From: Candidatus Woesearchaeota archaeon
GTDB taxonomy: Archaea > Nanobdellota > Nanobdellia > Woesearchaeales > JAGVXP01
Reading direction: 5' to 3'
Length of the DNA stretch: 64,000 bases
NCBI GenBank assembly: GCA_018303725.1
Contig: JAGVXP010000050.1
Span: forward strand, 13,579-77,578
Shown: positions 20,131 to 30,196 of the stretch, piece after piece
How the letters are laid out: the number at the start of each line of letters is the position of its first letter
Numbering within the stretch: the stretch's first letter is position 1
Position numbers and translations under genes: made by a program
The notes under the pieces: model-generated
What the model saw: only the letters and a program-made list of their open reading frames with translations
The model's database searches: none
Told to the model about the DNA's origin: nothing

Positions 20131-20955
20131 CTATGCCCCTAATTCTTTTAAAGCTTTTTCAGCAAGCTCTTTATCAGGCGTTTTGCCATGCCATTTGTAA
20201 TCATTTTCAAAAAAGGAAACTCCTTTTCCGGGTATGGTATGGGCTATTATCATTGTTGGATTTCCCTTTGCTGTTTTTGATTTCTCAAGCGCATCTAATA
20301 TTTGCCTCATATCATTTCCGTCTATTTCTATAACATTCAGGTTAAATGCCTCATATTTTTCTTTCATTGGCTCCAGTGAAGGCATTACATCATCTGTTGG
20401 CCCGTCTATCTGTATGTGGTTTCTGTCCAGTATGTATGTTATGTTGTCCAGTTTGTTTTTTGCTGCAAATAAATATGATTCCCATGCCTGGCCTTCTTCA
20501 TTTTCTCCGTCTGAAGTTATACAATACACCCTTGCTTTGTTATTGTCCATCTTCAGCGCTTTTGCAATTCCTGCTGCTACCGATAATCCCTGGCCTAAAG
20601 GCCCTGAAGAGTTTTCAATTCCCGGGATTGAATTCCTATGGGGATGCCCCTGCAGCCTTGAATTTATTTTCCTTAATGTCATTAGCTCTTTTTTTTGGAA
20701 ATAGCCTGCATTAGCCATTGCAGCATATTGAGCTGGGCAGATATGACCGCATGAGAGGATTAATCTGTCCCTGTTTGGATCTGCTGGTTTTTTTGGGTTA
20801 TGGTTTATTACATTAAAATACAAAGCTGTAAAGACATCTGCCATACCTAAAGAGCCTGCAGGATGGCCGGAGCCGGCTTCTGCCAGCATAGTTACAATAT
20901 CCCTTCTTATCTGCCTAGCCTTCTCTTTTAGCAAATCAACTACTTTGTTTTCCAT
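20131..20955 (-). CDS. Transketolase N-terminal subunit
   Basis: SGHPAGSL, DRLILS.GH, LQGHP, G.LGQGLS, DGE..EG..WE, WHGK; ATG 20955 behind GGGTGG SD. Confidence 0.95.
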   Translation of the reverse strand: MENKVVDLLKEKARQIRRDIVTMLAEAGSGHPAGSLGMADVFTALYFNVINHNPKKPADPNRDRLILSCGHICPAQYAAMANAGYFQKKELMTLRKINSRLQGHPHRNSIPGIENSSGPLGQGLSVAAGIAKALKMDNNKARVYCITSDGENEEGQAWESYLFAAKNKLDNITYILDRNHIQIDGPTDDVMPSLEPMKEKYEAFNLNVIEIDGNDMRQILDALEKSKTAKGNPTMIIAHTIPGKGVSFFENDYKWHGKTPDKELAEKALKELGA

Positions 20956-21033
20956 TAATTCCACCCTTTTAATGTGTTTTTATTCTCATTTTATTTTGTT
21001 TGTTTTTATATTTTTTGTTTATTCTTATGAGTA

Positions 21034-21102
21034 GTTCTTTTTAAAGCTGAAAAGAACATAAAAATACAATGGCCCACCCGTTTTGGAACTAACTGAATGG
21101 GC
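21034..21102 (-). terminator. Putative attenuator: GC-rich hairpin, CAUUGU, U-rich tract, second hairpin
   Basis: Minus strand GCCCAUUC..GGGUGGGC (21102-21072) starts right at the leader stop, then CAUUGUAUUUUUAU, then GUUCUUUU..AAAAGAAC. Confidence 0.6.
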
Positions 21103-21192
21103 TTATATAAAGTAATAAAATAAACTAGATTTACCTAGAAAAAACTCATTAATTATAATTTCAATTCCTTTTTGTAGCTTTTCTAATATCAT
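21103..21192 (-). CDS. Putative Phe/Tyr-rich leader peptide of the aromatic operon (MILEKLQKGIEIIINEFFLGKSSLFYYFI)
   Basis: Hand translation; 4 Phe and 2 Tyr in the last 13 codons; lies between a TATA box and the first operon gene. Confidence 0.65.
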   Translation of the reverse strand: MILEKLQKGIEIIINEFFLGKSSLFYYFI

Positions 21193-21283
21193 TTTACAAT
21201 AATATAGCAAAGGACTATTTTATTATCTATTCCCTTTGCGTATTAATAGCGGCTTTTCCGCTATTATAGTAGTAGCGTAGAGA

Positions 21284-21298
21284 TATTTAAACCTTTTG
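21284..21298 (-). promoter_or_regulatory. BRE-TATA promoter of the aromatic operon
   Basis: Minus strand CAAAAGGTTTAAATA; perfect palindrome TAATAGCGG-N5-CCGCTATTA (21244-21266) near the expected start site. Confidence 0.6.
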
Positions 21299-21334
21299 GT
21301 TTTTATGATGAAAAAGTAATAAAAAAGAAAAAAA

Positions 21335-22101
21335 TTATTTAACTGGTTTCATGCCCTTCCATGCCATATCAAATAGGTTGTTTAAAGCTGATGCAAAGAA
21401 GGGTGTGTTAACCCATATACCCACATCATATGTGGGGTGTACTTCTTTATCATCTAAAACCATAAATATAAGCTCCTTCCCATCTACAATGCAAAACCTA
21501 GCATTATGGTCTGTACTCCTCACTTCTGCAACACCGGATATGTCTTTTACTGCTTGCATGTTTTCCTTTGTTATAGGGGCTGCTATTTTTATCTTAACCC
21601 CCCTTTTCTTTATTTTTTCAAAAGTGGGCTTTAGGCCTTCTATCTTTCTCATCAATCCTTGCGCTGTTGTCATTATTGCTACTGAATTTTCTGCATTTCT
21701 GATTGTTAGCTCTAAATGGTTATACAGGTTGTGTCTTCCTCTTAATGAACCGCTTAGATCGGCAGGTTCAACTAGTTCTACGCCCTGTGTGTGCAAAGTA
21801 TTAAGCTCATTAATAACCTCTGTCTCTTTTAGCTCTTCTAGCCTTTTAATTTGTTCTTTTGCATCTTCCTTAACATTCTTTTTTACTCTTTCTAGAACTT
21901 CGGCTGGTGGGACTGCTATATACTTAATAGGCTTTCCAAGCTTCATTACTACAAATCCCTTCTTTTCTAAACTTTCTAAAACATCATAGCTTCTGCTTCT
22001 TGGCACATTGGCAATGTCAGAAAGCTCTCCTGCTGTGCTTACACCCCTGGAAAGCAGAAATACCTTCTCAATTTACTCAAAAATTCTTCTTTTACAATCA
22101 T
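21335..22101 (-). pseudogene. trmB: TrmB-family regulator with an apparent N-terminal deletion and frameshift (possibly assembly error)
   Basis: ATG 22101 gives MIVKEEFLSKLRRYF, then the frame changes at about 22056 into LSRGVSTAGELSDIANVPRSRSYDVLESL; HTH and C-terminal sensor domain otherwise intact. Confidence 0.8.
21957..22055. repeat. 99-bp exact direct repeat, copy 1 (copy 2 at 53042-53140)
   Basis: CCCTTCTTTTCTAAAC...CCCCTGGAAAGC identical in both trmB paralogs. Confidence 0.9.
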
Positions 22102-22327
22102 ATATCACACCCCCTTTTTGAGAAGTGAATCATTTTCACTTCTTTTAGGGGTAAAAAATTGGTACTACTTAATATATGTTACGGTTTTTTACCTCATATT
22201 AGTACTTTAACTGCTATTTAGTTACTATTAATTTTAACTCTAAAGTTAAAACATAATAATCTTATTAGATATAGCTTATATTTAAGCTTTTTGTAAAAAG
22301 AGTATATATATCAGAGTTTTTAGCTGC

Positions 22328-24221
22328 TTACAGCCTTTCCTTAAGCAACAGACCAACAACAGAGGGATCAGCCAATGTAGTTGTATCGCCTATCTCTGTC
22401 TCTTCAACAATTGCCTTGAGGATTCTTCTCATTATCTTTCCAGATCTTGTTTTTGGCAAAGCGTCTGCAAACTGTATCTTTTCCGGTTTTGCAATCGGGC
22501 CTATTTCCCTGGCTACATGCTTTCTTAATTCCTCCCTAAGCGCGTCAGTTTTCTCTGCCCCTTTCTTTAGTGTTACAAATGCGTATGGCGCCTGGCCCTT
22601 TATGTTATGGGGCATGGGAACAACTGCTGCTTCTGCAACTTTCTTGTGGCTTACCAAAGCGCTTTCAAGCTCTGCTGTTCCTATCCTATGGCCTGAAACC
22701 TTAATAACATCATCAATTCTTCCAACTAACCAATAGTCACCATCCTTGTCAATTTTTGCTCCGTCTCCAGTCAGGTACATGCCGGGAAATTTGCTGAAAT
22801 ATGTTTCCTTATAACGTTTAGGATTATGCCATACTGTTCTTTCCATGCTTGGCCATGGCTGTGCCTGGAAAAGGCCTCATGGCAGAGCCTGGCTTTAATG
22901 CCATTGCTCCTGGCAGAGGTGTTATCAATATCCCTCCTGTTTCTGTCTGCCACCAGGTATCGACAATCGGGCATTTCTTATTCCCGATAACATCATAATA
23001 CCATAGCCATACCTCTGGGTTTATTGGCTCGCCGACAGAGCCAAGCAGCCTTAATGAGCTTAAGTCATGCTTTTTTGGCCATTCGTTGCCTTCCCTTTCT
23101 AACGACCTTATTAATGTAGGCGCTGTATAGAATATGTTAACCTTGAATTTTTCAACTATTTGCCAGCACCTGCCTGGATTCGGGAAGGTAGGAACACCTT
23201 CAAACATTAGCGAAGTGGCGCCATTTGCCAAAGGCCCGTAAACAATATAGCTATGCCCGGTAACCCATCCAATATCAGCAGTGCACCAGTACGTGTCCTT
23301 ATCCTTTAAGTCAAAAATCCATTTTGCAGTTATATAAACATAAACCAGATAGCCGGCAGTTGTATGCAAAACCCCTTTTGGCGTGCCTGTTGTTCCGCTA
23401 GTGTAAAGTATGAATAAAGGGTCTTCTGCATCCATTTTTTCCGGCTCGCAATAATCTTTTATTTTATTGGCATCAATCTCCTCATGCCACCATGCATCCC
23501 TGCCTTTCTTCATCTTTACTTGATTATTCGCCCTTTTAACAACAATGACTTTTTTTATTGTCCTGCAATTTTTAACAGCTAGGTCTGCTGTGTCCTTCAT
23601 TGGAACAACCTCTCCCTTTCTCAAGCTGCCATCAGCTGTTATCAAAACTTTCGCTTTGCAGTCATCAATCCTTGTTTCAAGCGCCTTGGCAGAATAGCCG
23701 CCAAAAACAATGCTATGTATAACTCCAATTCTCGTGCATGCCAGCATAGAAATGGCTAACTCTGGTATCATGGGCAGATACATGCAAGCCCTGTCCCCTT
23801 TCTTCAAACCGCTTTTCTTCAAAACATTGGCGAATCTGCAAACCTCCCTATGCAGCTCTTCATAAGTATATGTTTTAACATCATTCTCCGGCTCACCCTG
23901 CCATATTAATGCCGCTTTATTCTTTCTCCACGTAGCCAGATGCCTGTCTAAACAATTATAAGAAACATTTGTTTTTGCTCCTTCAAACCATCTACATTTT
24001 AGTGTTTTTGGATTCCAATAATAAACCTTTTTCCATTTTTTAAACCAAAAAAGCTCTTTTGCTATTTTTGGCCAGAACCTAGGGGGGTTTTTTATGCTCT
24101 CCTTATACAGCTGCTCATATTGTCTTAAACTTTGAATGTGGGCTTTTTTAACAAAATCTTTTGAAGGCTTAAATGCCCTTTTCTCATGCATTACCGATTC
24201 GATTTCCCCTTTTTCTTCCAT
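22328..24221 (-). pseudogene. acs: Acetyl-CoA synthetase split by a deletion and frameshift at about 22862 (possibly assembly error)
   Basis: [28 protein letters not shown] in ORF1; [18 protein letters not shown] in ORF2; RPFPG joins directly to QPWPSM in another frame. Confidence 0.88.
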
Positions 24222-24257
24222 TTTATATTAGATTATTTCTTATATTTTTAATGTTTC

Positions 24258-25322
24258 CTAATAATTCAGCTTGTACCTCAATATAGCCCCTATCCCGCCT
24301 AACCCATCCAGCCTTTTTCCGCCTTCATGCTCAGAGCTAATTATATTTATTGCTCCATTTGTTATTTCTGTTATTTTCATTATACTGTCAATTTTTTCAT
24401 ATTTGTTTTCTTCTCTTGATTTTTGGATTAAAGTATCCGTTACCAACAATATTTTTACTGCTCCGGCATTAGCAGCACCTTCAACATCTTTCAGGCCATA
24501 TGCAGCTAAATCATTTTTTGAAATTTCCGCCAATAACTCCTCTACCAGATTAACCTCTTTTGCTATCCTATCCTGCTTTAAAGCTTCCTTTGTTTCCGGC
24601 CTTTTCAAAACCTCATTAATTCCTGTTTTGTCTACACTGGAACAAGTTGCCAAAATTATTTTTTTATTTAAATCACTATCTTTTAATTCCTTCATAAGAT
24701 ATTCTTTCCAAAAAGCAGGGCTAGCTACAATTATTTGGCTAAAATTATATCTTTTATCATACTCCTCAATTTTTTGGATTATTTCCTGGTAGAATGAACC
24801 TTCAATTTGTTCCGGCTGTGCTTTTTTTTCTACCTTTCCGTTTATATGGCTTAAGATCTCATAACCATATCTTTTCATTAAAGCCAGATAAACCTCTTCC
24901 CTGTCTAAAACGACTATTAAGATTTTGGCTATACTTGTTGAGCATGCTTCTTTTAATTTGTCTAGCTGAAATTTTAGCCATTTTTCTTTTATTATGGTGA
25001 TTATTGTATTTTCTTCAAGGTTAAAAGTATGATGCTCTCCTTTTGATACGTCTTCAGGCCCCTCTGTTATTTTCCCGCTTACCCTTAACATGTTAGAGGT
25101 TTTGCTAAATTCAATTTTTTCAGCATTTATTTTAATAAAAATCGGTTTTTTAATGATTTTAACATTTCTTTGCTCTTTATCACCAAGTTTTATCTTTCTT
25201 ATGGTTTTTCCTTTAACAAAATCGCCTGGATCAATTATGGTGCTTAAATACCATAAATCATCCATATTCTCAACCTTTACTTTTATTTCCCCTTTCTTTA
25301 AATTTGAATATATTTGCTTCAT
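24258..25322 (-). CDS. pelA: Pelota (aDom34) mRNA surveillance protein
   Basis: DDLWYL, LRVSG.I, G.HHT, SSEHEGG..L.GLGGIGAILRY motifs; start ATG 25322. Confidence 0.96.
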   Translation of the reverse strand: MKQIYSNLKKGEIKVKVENMDDLWYLSTIIDPGDFVKGKTIRKIKLGDKEQRNVKIIKKPIFIKINAEKIEFSKTSNMLRVSGKITEGPEDVSKGEHHTFNLEENTIITIIKEKWLKFQLDKLKEACSTSIAKILIVVLDREEVYLALMKRYGYEILSHINGKVEKKAQPEQIEGSFYQEIIQKIEEYDKRYNFSQIIVASPAFWKEYLMKELKDSDLNKKIILATCSSVDKTGINEVLKRPETKEALKQDRIAKEVNLVEELLAEISKNDLAAYGLKDVEGAANAGAVKILLVTDTLIQKSREENKYEKIDSIMKITEITNGAINIISSEHEGGKRLDGLGGIGAILRYKLNY

Positions 25323-25390
25323 TTTTAAACTATAATAATCAAAACATTTATATATAAATCTATTCATTTTTAAACTATAAGTAGATGTAT

Positions 25391-25436
25391 AGCAAAGAAC
25401 ACCAATAATTGAGTAATATAGAATGTGTTCTTTGCT
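25391..25436. repeat. 12-bp inverted repeat in the pelA divergent intergenic region
   Basis: AGCAAAGAACAC (25391-25402) and GTGTTCTTTGCT (25425-25436), followed by two CGAGCGAG motifs. Confidence 0.75.
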
Positions 25437-25507
25437 TATTACGAGCGAGCATCAATTGCTCAATTATTTATGCGAGCGAGTATAGTTATAAAAAAAGGTG
25501 ATCCTTC

Positions 25508-26683
25508 ATGAAGAAAGGCCAAGGTGCTATAAATGCTGCTGTTTTAGTAGCTATAATCGCTGGACTTATCATTCTGTACATATTGTTTTTGCCTGGTGAA
25601 GAGAGAAGAGCCATTATAGGTGAGAATGATACCAGCAGTAGTAGCAACGTTAATGACGAAGAAGAGAACATCCTATTATTTGATGAGGAAATAAAACTGG
25701 AGTTTATGACAGATAAAACAATTGATCATGAAATAGACCCCATAAACCTTTACACAAGGACAGAAGGAATAAAATTAAAGGAAATTAATTCCCTATATGT
25801 CAGAAAGGGTTGGTTTGATAAGAAAACGAGAGAAGTTACATTTAATACAGAAGAGCCTGAAAATGCCGATAATATCCTGTTAGCATTTAATGTGAAGAAA
25901 AGCAAAGGGAGGCTTGTAATAGAATTGAATGGCAATGAAGTGTTTAATAATGAAATCTTAACCCTTGATGAGCCAATAAAACTTCCTAAAGAATATTTGA
26001 CTGAAAAAAATACATTATTGGTTTACACATCTGGAGTTGGGGTGAAATTCTGGTCTACTAATGAGTATATATTAGAGAACCTGCAAATAACCGGTGATAT
26101 AACTGATGTCAGCACAAGGCAGAGTAAAAACCTATTCTTTATAACAGATGAGGAAAAAAGCAGTTTAGATGAGGCAACATTAAGGTTTTCAGCTGAATGT
26201 GATCCTACAGAGGTTGGCATTTTGGATGTCTTAATCAATAACCAGAACATTTATTCATCTGTTCCTGATTGCGGCTCATTAACAATAAGGGATTTCTCCA
26301 CATCTTATTTGTTAAGCGGCGAGAACAGCCTAATTTTCAGAACAGGAAAAGGCAGGTATCTAATAGACCAAATTAATGTAAAAACAAAATTGAAGGAATC
26401 GCCAGCTTATGTTAATTATTTCACATTGACTGGTGAGCAAATCAATGATATTGAAGACGGCAATAAAAACGTTAATCTAACTTTGGAATTTATTGATGAT
26501 GAAGAGGACAAAGAAGCGAGGATAATAATAAACGGCGCTACATTGTATATGAGGAGAATCAAAGACATAGAGTTTTCAAAGGTCATAAACAGTTATGTAG
26601 AGGAAGGCAGCAATTCGTTGAAGATTGTGCCAGTAGTTTCAATAGACATCAAGAAATTAAGGGTAGAGTTAGTAGAAGATTGA
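25508..26683 (+). CDS. Secreted beta-rich protein with class III (prepilin-like) signal peptide
   Basis: MKKGQ followed by a hydrophobic stretch; three repeated segments ending in (G/K)xNxL. Confidence 0.7.
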   Translation: MKKGQGAINAAVLVAIIAGLIILYILFLPGEERRAIIGENDTSSSSNVNDEEENILLFDEEIKLEFMTDKTIDHEIDPINLYTRTEGIKLKEINSLYVRKGWFDKKTREVTFNTEEPENADNILLAFNVKKSKGRLVIELNGNEVFNNEILTLDEPIKLPKEYLTEKNTLLVYTSGVGVKFWSTNEYILENLQITGDITDVSTRQSKNLFFITDEEKSSLDEATLRFSAECDPTEVGILDVLINNQNIYSSVPDCGSLTIRDFSTSYLLSGENSLIFRTGKGRYLIDQINVKTKLKESPAYVNYFTLTGEQINDIEDGNKNVNLTLEFIDDEEDKEARIIINGATLYMRRIKDIEFSKVINSYVEEGSNSLKIVPVVSIDIKKLRVELVED

Positions 26684-26748
26684 AATTGTCGAGAGGTGAT
26701 TCCCATAAAGAATTCTAGTTTGAATAATTAGCAAAAGAGGGCAAAGAG

Positions 26749-29700
26749 ATGGTTGATGAAGAAAAACTAAAAAAAATAGAGGGGATTAAACAAGAACATA
26801 TTGATGCTTTAAGAGGTTTAACACCGCAAGAAGTTGTAGGTTTACACAACCAATGGCATGATAAAGACAAAGGCATAACTAGATTAGAAAAACACTTGCT
26901 TAAGGAAAAGATAAAGACTGAAAGGATTAGGAATAAAGCAATTAAAAAATTAGCAAATATATATATGAAGGAATTAAAAGAAATTGAAGCGAAAAAGAAG
27001 AAAGAAATAGAGGAAGAAAGGGTTGGGGAAACTAGAGAAGAAAGAATGATTAGAGGGGGGCTAAAAACACAAGAAGGAAAACCTAAAGGTTTTAGAGGTT
27101 GGGCTGCAGCTGATGCAAAAAAAGATATCTATCCCAAAGTTAGAGAACCCGTAGCTAGAGGTGCTAGGTATGTTGGAAGTGGCGCAGAAAAGGCTGGATC
27201 ATGGATAAAAAGACAAGCACAACGAGACATTGGTGAAGCTGCAAAGGCAGCAGCTAAAAAAATTGTTCCTGAAAAAGTAAGAAGAGGTATAGGAACTGGT
27301 GTAGGGGCAGTAAAAAAAGGTGTTGGAAAAGGTGTAGAAAAGGTAAAAACTGGTGGAGCTGCTGTTGGAAGATTTACTGATACATATACTCCCACCCTTA
27401 AAAAAGGAGTAGTAGGAGCCGGTAGGCTTGGATGGGGGGTTGCAAGAGGAGGGGCAACTTTTGGAACGAATGTTTTAACAGGCGGTTGGACTAAAACTCA
27501 TGAATCTTTAAAAAATAAAGGGTTAATGATTATAATATTTCCAATAATTCTATATGCGCTCGATTTCTTTTTTGGTTATAATGGTATTAGTATATCCCCT
27601 ATCCTTACAAAGGATTGGGGCGCATGGCTAAAATTCTTAGCAGAACTTGTTACAACAGGTACATTCATTTTGTTGATGGTGCTTTATTTCACATTTAAGG
27701 GTTGGCCAAAAGATAAAAGAGAGTTTGTTTATTATATATTATTGATTATTGTAGTGTTGATTATCTTAAATCTGGGTGGTTGGAACCTATGGACATTGTA
27801 CCATTTGGCTTTTGCTTTTGGTTTTGTTTATATTTATCTTATGAAGGGGTTAGATAGAGAAAATGAAGGTATTACAACTACACATTTATTGTTTCTTTTA
27901 ATCTTGGTAGCTGATTTTTTTCTTTTTACTGCATTAGCAGAATGGAATTTATTGGTGTTTAATAATGAGACTTATAAAATTCTTTCAAACCGAATATTAC
28001 TGCCTTTATGGTTTTTCTTTACAATTGGTTTTGTAAAGGACAGTGGTATGAAAAAGTTTATTATATTCTTGATTACAGCATTTTATGTTTTCTTATTCGG
28101 ATTACAGATGTGGACAGCTTATCAAGGAACATTAACAGAACTTCCTGCAGATTACAAACAAGACATAATAAACGCCCCTAAAGTGGCTATTGATAATTTT
28201 GTAAAGGCTGTAAAAGCATCATTTTCACGCCAGCTAGAATATGCTACAGGGGGCTATTATAACGGAATGGTAGAAGAAAATGAGGATGAGCCGTTGGGTG
28301 TTTATTTAGAGGATATTGAAGCAGCTGACAAGGAGTTTTTTGAGGACGAGCCTATTATCATATGGGCCAATCTAAAAGCCAAAACACTGGACAAAGAGGA
28401 TACAGTTAACATACTTTTAAATTGCAGCGCATATGAAGATGAGGTTTTAGAAGAAGAAAAAAGAGTTAAGGTAATTGGTGAAGTGTCTCCAGACATAGAC
28501 TACCCCGAGGATAACGAAGAAAATAATGTGCATCTAAAAGTGGAAACCCTTGAAGAAGAGGACATTAAATGCGAGTTTGAGAAAAACAGCTTGAAAAACG
28601 GAAGGCATGAGGTTAAGCTTTTTGCTAAATTTGACTTCAAAACAATGGCCTATCTTAAATCCTATTTTATGGATGAGGAAACAATGAGGTCTATGAGGAG
28701 GGAAGGCATAGATGTTCTTGACTTTTACAAAATAAAAGATAAAAAACCAATAGCCAGATTTACAAATGGCCCTGTAAAAGTTGGCATTGAGGCAAAGGAG
28801 CCGCCGATTGGGGTAAGCGAAGAGTATGATGTTAAGCCGATGATTGGCATTACAGTACACAATCAATGGACTGGAAAAATAAAGAGGATTGAAGATTTAA
28901 TTTTGTATATACCTGATAATATGGGGTTGGATCTAAACTCTTGTGACTATGACGCATTTGAGGAGTATAAAGACATTTCAGACACAAAAGTAGAGGAAGG
29001 GTATAGGGCTTATAGGCTAAAAAGCAGCGTAAAAACAATCGCCCAGATGAGGGATATAGACAAATATAGGTCATTCAAATGCAGGTTGGATATAAAGAAA
29101 GAGAATGCAAAAGATGTGTTGGGCAATCTGCCGCTTGCAATTAAATATTTTAGAGCCACGGTTAAATACACATACGAATTAGAAAAATCAACTAACCTTA
29201 ATATAAAAGAAGCGGACTGGTTTAATGTTCATCTTTCCCCTTCAAAGCCAAAAAGCAATGACACATTGGAATGTATAGGGAAACATCCAAAAAATGACAT
29301 TATTTCTGCAAAATACGAGTTTTATAGAAATGATGTATTATCAAGGTCTGGTCCTGTTGTAGATTGCTCAGCTAAAGAGTGTAAAGTGGAATACCCAGAT
29401 AAAATGGTGAGAGGAGAAACAATAAAATGTGTGATAACTGCAAAAATAAAAGACATTGGTGAGGGATCAGATTCAGAAACCGTAAATATACTAAACACGC
29501 CCCCAACAATTAAAATTGAGAATCCAGAAAGCCACCCTGCTGACCAGAATTTAGATTGCAGAGGTGTTGCTTATGATCATGATGGAGAGGTAGTTAGAGC
29601 TGAATTTCAGTTTACCGGAGGTCATTTTGATGATGGAGAGATATCCTGCCCTAGCAACATATGCGAAGCAACTGTCCTTTCTAAAGAGCTAAGTGTTGGG

Positions 29701-30195
29701 GAAACAATAAAATGCACAATGGTTCCATTTGACAGTGAAGGTGAGCGGGGAGATGCTGCTTCTAAACTAATTAAGATACGCTCAGCTGGAACAGCAGCGC
29801 CAACAGGTGATACTATAAACCCAGCAAAGATAAGGTATCCAGATATAACTGGTTCTTGGAGTACTGAGGAAAATAAAATAATATTGCAATTTACAGCTCC
29901 AGGCGATGATGGCACTACAGGAATTGTTAATGGTTATAAATTGAAAATACATGATAAAATATTAGGCAACCAAGAGTGGGATAAAGGTAGGGATCCGCCC
30001 GGATTAACATACATGGATCCGCCCGGAGAGGCTGGAACATATGAAAGAATAGAAATTAGCGGTAATTTAAGTTCAATAAGGGGCACAACAATTTACATAG
30101 CTGTTAGAGCTTATGATGAAGCAGGCAATATGGGGGACACATCCGATAATGTACAAATAACTATACCTAAAGAGGAGCCAAAGGCTGAAACCTAA
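26749..30195 (+). CDS. Large membrane protein: charged N-terminus, Gly/Ala/Lys-rich region, about 7-8 TM, Cys-containing extracellular beta domains, Fn3-like end
   Basis: Composition and hydropathy by eye; FTAPGDDG..Y..AVRAYDEAGN Fn3-like pattern. Confidence 0.75.
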   Translation: MVDEEKLKKIEGIKQEHIDALRGLTPQEVVGLHNQWHDKDKGITRLEKHLLKEKIKTERIRNKAIKKLANIYMKELKEIEAKKKKEIEEERVGETREERMIRGGLKTQEGKPKGFRGWAAADAKKDIYPKVREPVARGARYVGSGAEKAGSWIKRQAQRDIGEAAKAAAKKIVPEKVRRGIGTGVGAVKKGVGKGVEKVKTGGAAVGRFTDTYTPTLKKGVVGAGRLGWGVARGGATFGTNVLTGGWTKTHESLKNKGLMIIIFPIILYALDFFFGYNGISISPILTKDWGAWLKFLAELVTTGTFILLMVLYFTFKGWPKDKREFVYYILLIIVVLIILNLGGWNLWTLYHLAFAFGFVYIYLMKGLDRENEGITTTHLLFLLILVADFFLFTALAEWNLLVFNNETYKILSNRILLPLWFFFTIGFVKDSGMKKFIIFLITAFYVFLFGLQMWTAYQGTLTELPADYKQDIINAPKVAIDNFVKAVKASFSRQLEYATGGYYNGMVEENEDEPLGVYLEDIEAADKEFFEDEPIIIWANLKAKTLDKEDTVNILLNCSAYEDEVLEEEKRVKVIGEVSPDIDYPEDNEENNVHLKVETLEEEDIKCEFEKNSLKNGRHEVKLFAKFDFKTMAYLKSYFMDEETMRSMRREGIDVLDFYKIKDKKPIARFTNGPVKVGIEAKEPPIGVSEEYDVKPMIGITVHNQWTGKIKRIEDLILYIPDNMGLDLNSCDYDAFEEYKDISDTKVEEGYRAYRLKSSVKTIAQMRDIDKYRSFKCRLDIKKENAKDVLGNLPLAIKYFRATVKYTYELEKSTNLNIKEADWFNVHLSPSKPKSNDTLECIGKHPKNDIISAKYEFYRNDVLSRSGPVVDCSAKECKVEYPDKMVRGETIKCVITAKIKDIGEGSDSETVNILNTPPTIKIENPESHPADQNLDCRGVAYDHDGEVVRAEFQFTGGHFDDGEISCPSNICEATVLSKELSVGETIKCTMVPFDSEGERGDAASKLIKIRSAGTAAPTGDTINPAKIRYPDITGSWSTEENKIILQFTAPGDDGTTGIVNGYKLKIHDKILGNQEWDKGRDPPGLTYMDPPGEAGTYERIEISGNLSSIRGTTIYIAVRAYDEAGNMGDTSDNVQITIPKEEPKAET

Positions 30196-30196
30196 A

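Noticed and set aside
22824-22870. Programmed ribosomal frameshift in acs
   Set aside because: No slippery site is present and conserved residues are missing, so a frameshift would not restore the protein.
29991-30027. GGATCCGCCCGGA direct repeat
   Set aside because: It is a short in-frame duplication (DPPG twice) inside a coding region, with no array structure.
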